From Candidatus Woesearchaeota archaeon (lineage in GTDB: Archaea; Nanobdellota; Nanobdellia; Pacearchaeales; GW2011-AR1), in assembly GCA_964617015.1 (NCBI GenBank), contig CAZTVG010000005.1, positions 1 to 44,044 of the forward strand: a DNA stretch of 44,044 nucleotides. The letters are read 5' to 3'. Below are positions 41,830 through 44,044 of this stretch, one piece after another. The stretch's first letter is position 1. Each line of letters opens with the position of its first letter. Position numbers and translations under genes: made by a program. Below the pieces are notes generated by a model, which did no database searches, was not told the DNA's origin, and was given only the letters and a program-made list of their open reading frames with translations.

Positions 41830-43302
41830 CTAACCTGAGCCATATGAGGGAAGGGGAATGGTCTTGGGTTGGTGGCGCGTCCAGAGGCGAGTGGGTCTAA
41901 CTGGGGCTTCGTATGAAATCCAATACCCCAGAGCGTCAGATGTATGCGTTCTCCTGAAGTAAGGGTCACGCCTGTTGGTTGTCTTTTTTATCTTGTTCCT
42001 GACATCCCTCTGGACGATTTCGAGATCCTCTATCAACTCCTTACACGATGGATCAATCTCCAGCCTGATCTCCCCCATCTCATCCTTACATAGGAGATTA
42101 ACTGCGTTTACACGGTCTGATATAGATGGGTTTACCTCTGGAACCTTTATCTTTACAGGAACGGGATAGGTCTTCATTTCGTTTCTGATTATCGTGTAAC
42201 TGCTCTCTTGTGTCTGAGCCGTGCGGTGGCGACCAGTTGCATCCCCATACACCCAGACCTCAGCAAGATGTTGAGGATGTACCTCGCGGAACCACTCTAC
42301 CATACCAGGTATACTGCCCTCGTCTGTGACAAGCTCTCTAAATACCCTGAACACTTGCCTTCCGTGACTGGTATCCTGTTGTCCTATAAGGGAAACCATT
42401 GGTTCCACGTTGAAGTCCCAGATCCAGCAAAGAGGTCTGCGTGGGTTGAAGTAGGAGGCCTGTTTCCTGACATTCAAGAGGCGATTGAATCCAGTGTATG
42501 CCCTCGCGCCAGCCATTCCAGGGAGCCACTCCCCATTCAACCTGATCCTCCTTTCAACAGAGTCCTCTGGATACTTGGCCTCAAGACGCCTGATCTCATC
42601 AGGAGGGAGATGGGGATTGTCGTATATAGAGGCGCTGAACAGCTTTAACCTGGGGCGCTCTCCATCCTGCCAGGGCTTGATTATCTTGGGATACATCCAG
42701 GATACGCCACCAACAGTCCCCTCGGGCGGCAATAAGGTTACACTTCCGAATATATGTAGTTTCCCCGCACCAACTCGTATAGTTGCTTCATCGTACACAT
42801 CATAGGGGTGCTCTTCGTCAAAGTGGAGCCAGTCCTTCTCAGCTCCCTGGTATTTCAATCTTCCACTATCTGCGCTCTTAAAACCTATAATAGATCCGTT
42901 CTTCAACTTCAAGATCCTATCTGTAACTCTCCACTCCTCAATCTCCCTATTGGGGATGAATGGAGGATGGATAGCACCAGGGGACACAAACCCATTATCA
43001 AAGTACTTAGGTTCAATCACATCCCTGCTAGTGGGGAAGTCGAGGGAGGAAACCCAACCAGAGGTTGGCCTCCCACCCAGACCGAATCGCGCAAATGTCC
43101 CACCGATATACGCACCTGCATCTGACTTTCCAGATCGGTTAGCCGCAAACATCCATACCTCATCCCATTCCCCAGATAGTACTGCATCTATGAACATCCT
43201 CTGCTTGGGGTGGGGTTCGAAGTTATGGATGGGATCTGACCTCCTGCGCTCAAGCAGAGCCTCAGATACTGCAACTAGACTATCTTGTATATCACGAGTC
43301 AC
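41830..43302 (-). CDS. terL: Terminase large subunit
   Basis: AANRSGKS Walker A, LHFDEEH Walker B, IYDNPHL, WDFNVEP, VYGDATG, HTSDALGY nuclease motifs. Confidence 0.93.
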   Translation of the reverse strand: MTRDIQDSLVAVSEALLERRRSDPIHNFEPHPKQRMFIDAVLSGEWDEVWMFAANRSGKSDAGAYIGGTFARFGLGGRPTSGWVSSLDFPTSRDVIEPKYFDNGFVSPGAIHPPFIPNREIEEWRVTDRILKLKNGSIIGFKSADSGRLKYQGAEKDWLHFDEEHPYDVYDEATIRVGAGKLHIFGSVTLLPPEGTVGGVSWMYPKIIKPWQDGERPRLKLFSASIYDNPHLPPDEIRRLEAKYPEDSVERRIRLNGEWLPGMAGARAYTGFNRLLNVRKQASYFNPRRPLCWIWDFNVEPMVSLIGQQDTSHGRQVFRVFRELVTDEGSIPGMVEWFREVHPQHLAEVWVYGDATGRHRTAQTQESSYTIIRNEMKTYPVPVKIKVPEVNPSISDRVNAVNLLCKDEMGEIRLEIDPSCKELIEDLEIVQRDVRNKIKKTTNRRDPYFRRTHTSDALGYWISYEAPVRPTRLWTRHQPKTIPLPSYGSG

Positions 43303-43534
43303 GCCAGCCTCTTAGCAATAAGTTCATCCCAACTTTCCGTAGAAACGGCAACCTGACTCTGATCTGTGCCCACCTTCCCTGAGGGTTGCGTGCCAGGAAA
43401 AGGAATGGTGTGTCTATGTAGAGTGTCCTCTTTGTCACCGCCCAATCAAGTTCAAGTCCTGGAACCCGAAGGTGTCTATCCCCATATTCCCCTCTCCACG
43501 AGGAGAACCTCCGTCTGTGTGGATTACGAGTCAC
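43292..43534 (-). CDS. Hypothetical protein (80 aa)
   Basis: Overlaps TerL start on the same strand. Confidence 0.45.
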   Translation of the reverse strand: MTRNPHRRRFSSWRGEYGDRHLRVPGLELDWAVTKRTLYIDTPFLFLARNPQGRWAQIRVRLPFLRKVGMNLLLRGWRDS

Positions 43535-43567
43535 TTCTCGCCTCCCTTGAACAACAGCCCCCAGTTC

Positions 43568-43590
43568 GTTTGATTAAAATTCGTTCAAAC
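43568..43590. repeat. 23-bp repeat, copy 10 (reverse orientation)
   Basis: GTTTGATTAAAATTCGTTCAAAC preceded by CCAGTTC; at the -/+ strand switch. Confidence 0.9.
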
Positions 43591-43812
43591 ATAGTGGGGA
43601 CAAAGGTGTATAAATAATGCCATGTGGTGTTGTGTTAGATAGGTGAGAGTCATTATACACAACACAACCCTCCCATCAACCGGCCCCACCCCCTCTCCGG
43701 CACCCAACTCGGACACGGTTGTACTCGGTGGGTGTGTGTTCAACTTTGACGGGTGGCACGTCTGGGTTGTTGATCACCGGGTTGTGCGCGGAACATACCT
43801 GGAACAAATGGT

Positions 43813-43841
43813 CACAATTTCGCCACAATTTCGCCACAATT
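43813..43841 (+). repeat. 11-bp tandem repeat, 2.6 copies
   Basis: CACAATTTCGC CACAATTTCGC CACAATT. Confidence 0.8.
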
Positions 43842-43904
43842 GTATGATCTCGTGAGCACATCAAAAAACGTGAACGCGGCGGTGTACTGGATTAACGCGC
43901 CCAC

Positions 43905-44044
43905 ATGCTGTTTGACATCGTGAATATGGTGAATACGCCCGTGTTGCACGGGGCGGGTGAGATGTGTCACCCATGCGAGGATCAGCAAATGGTAATCTTG
44001 CTGATCTATGACCACGATGGGAATATGGCGGATCGTTTCGAGGT
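43905..44044 (+). CDS. 5' part of junction-spanning ORF (start ATG 43905 or 43962; ends at 67)
   Basis: GGGCGGGTGAG-ATG at 43962 gives MCHPCEDQQMVILLIYDHDGNMADRFE, continuing without stop through position 1. Confidence 0.55.
   Translation, partial: MLFDIVNMVNTPVLHGAGEMCHPCEDQQMVILLIYDHDGNMADRFE

Noticed and set aside
22939-43315. Many + strand ORFs of 60-170 aa opposite the structural genes (and - strand ORFs opposite the + arm)
   Set aside because: Shadow frames of well-supported genes, with no RBS or recognisable motifs.
2012-43590. 23-bp repeats as a CRISPR array, with the nuclease at 7099 as Cas4
   Set aside because: Copies are 0.6-10 kb apart in both orientations with no regular spacers; no cas1/cas2; Cas4-like nucleases are ordinary phage recombination enzymes.
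2012-43590. Repeats as phage RNA polymerase promoters
   Set aside because: No RNA polymerase gene was recognised, and repeat orientation does not track the direction of transcription.
1-44044. Direct terminal repeats or att sites at the window ends; integrase or CI repressor
   Set aside because: Ends share no repeat and instead join in frame; no tyrosine/serine recombinase or S24 peptidase repressor was recognised.

Overview
The window appears to be a complete, circularly closed ~44 kb podovirus-like (short-tailed Caudoviricetes) phage genome, probably of a Gram-negative host (GH108 endolysin plus lipoprotein spanin, sigma70 promoters). The + arm (about 2.8-22.3 kb) carries early genes, structured non-coding elements, a PD-(D/E)XK nuclease, a sugar cluster (NeuC, 2-hydroxyacid dehydrogenase, NeuA, SqdB, NeuB), dCMP deaminase, AAA ATPase, putative SSB, a ParB-methyltransferase fusion, an HNH-UDG-PolA split into two ORFs and a DUF3987-type helicase. 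The - arm (about 43.5-22.2 kb) carries terminase, portal, scaffold, capsid, head/tail proteins, ejection proteins and lysis genes. No integrase, RNA polymerase, tRNA or CRISPR array was recognised. Best candidate for a new system: an apparently complete phage nonulosonic (sialic-like) acid pathway, possibly making a sulfonated sugar, paired with a CstII/Maf-like sialyltransferase placed inside the head gene module, suggesting virion nonulosonylation. Other strong signals: ten dispersed copies of a 23-bp pseudo-palindrome, two multi-hairpin RNA-like elements with a near-identical closing stem, and an atypical polymerase. All family assignments come from recalled motifs, not database searches.
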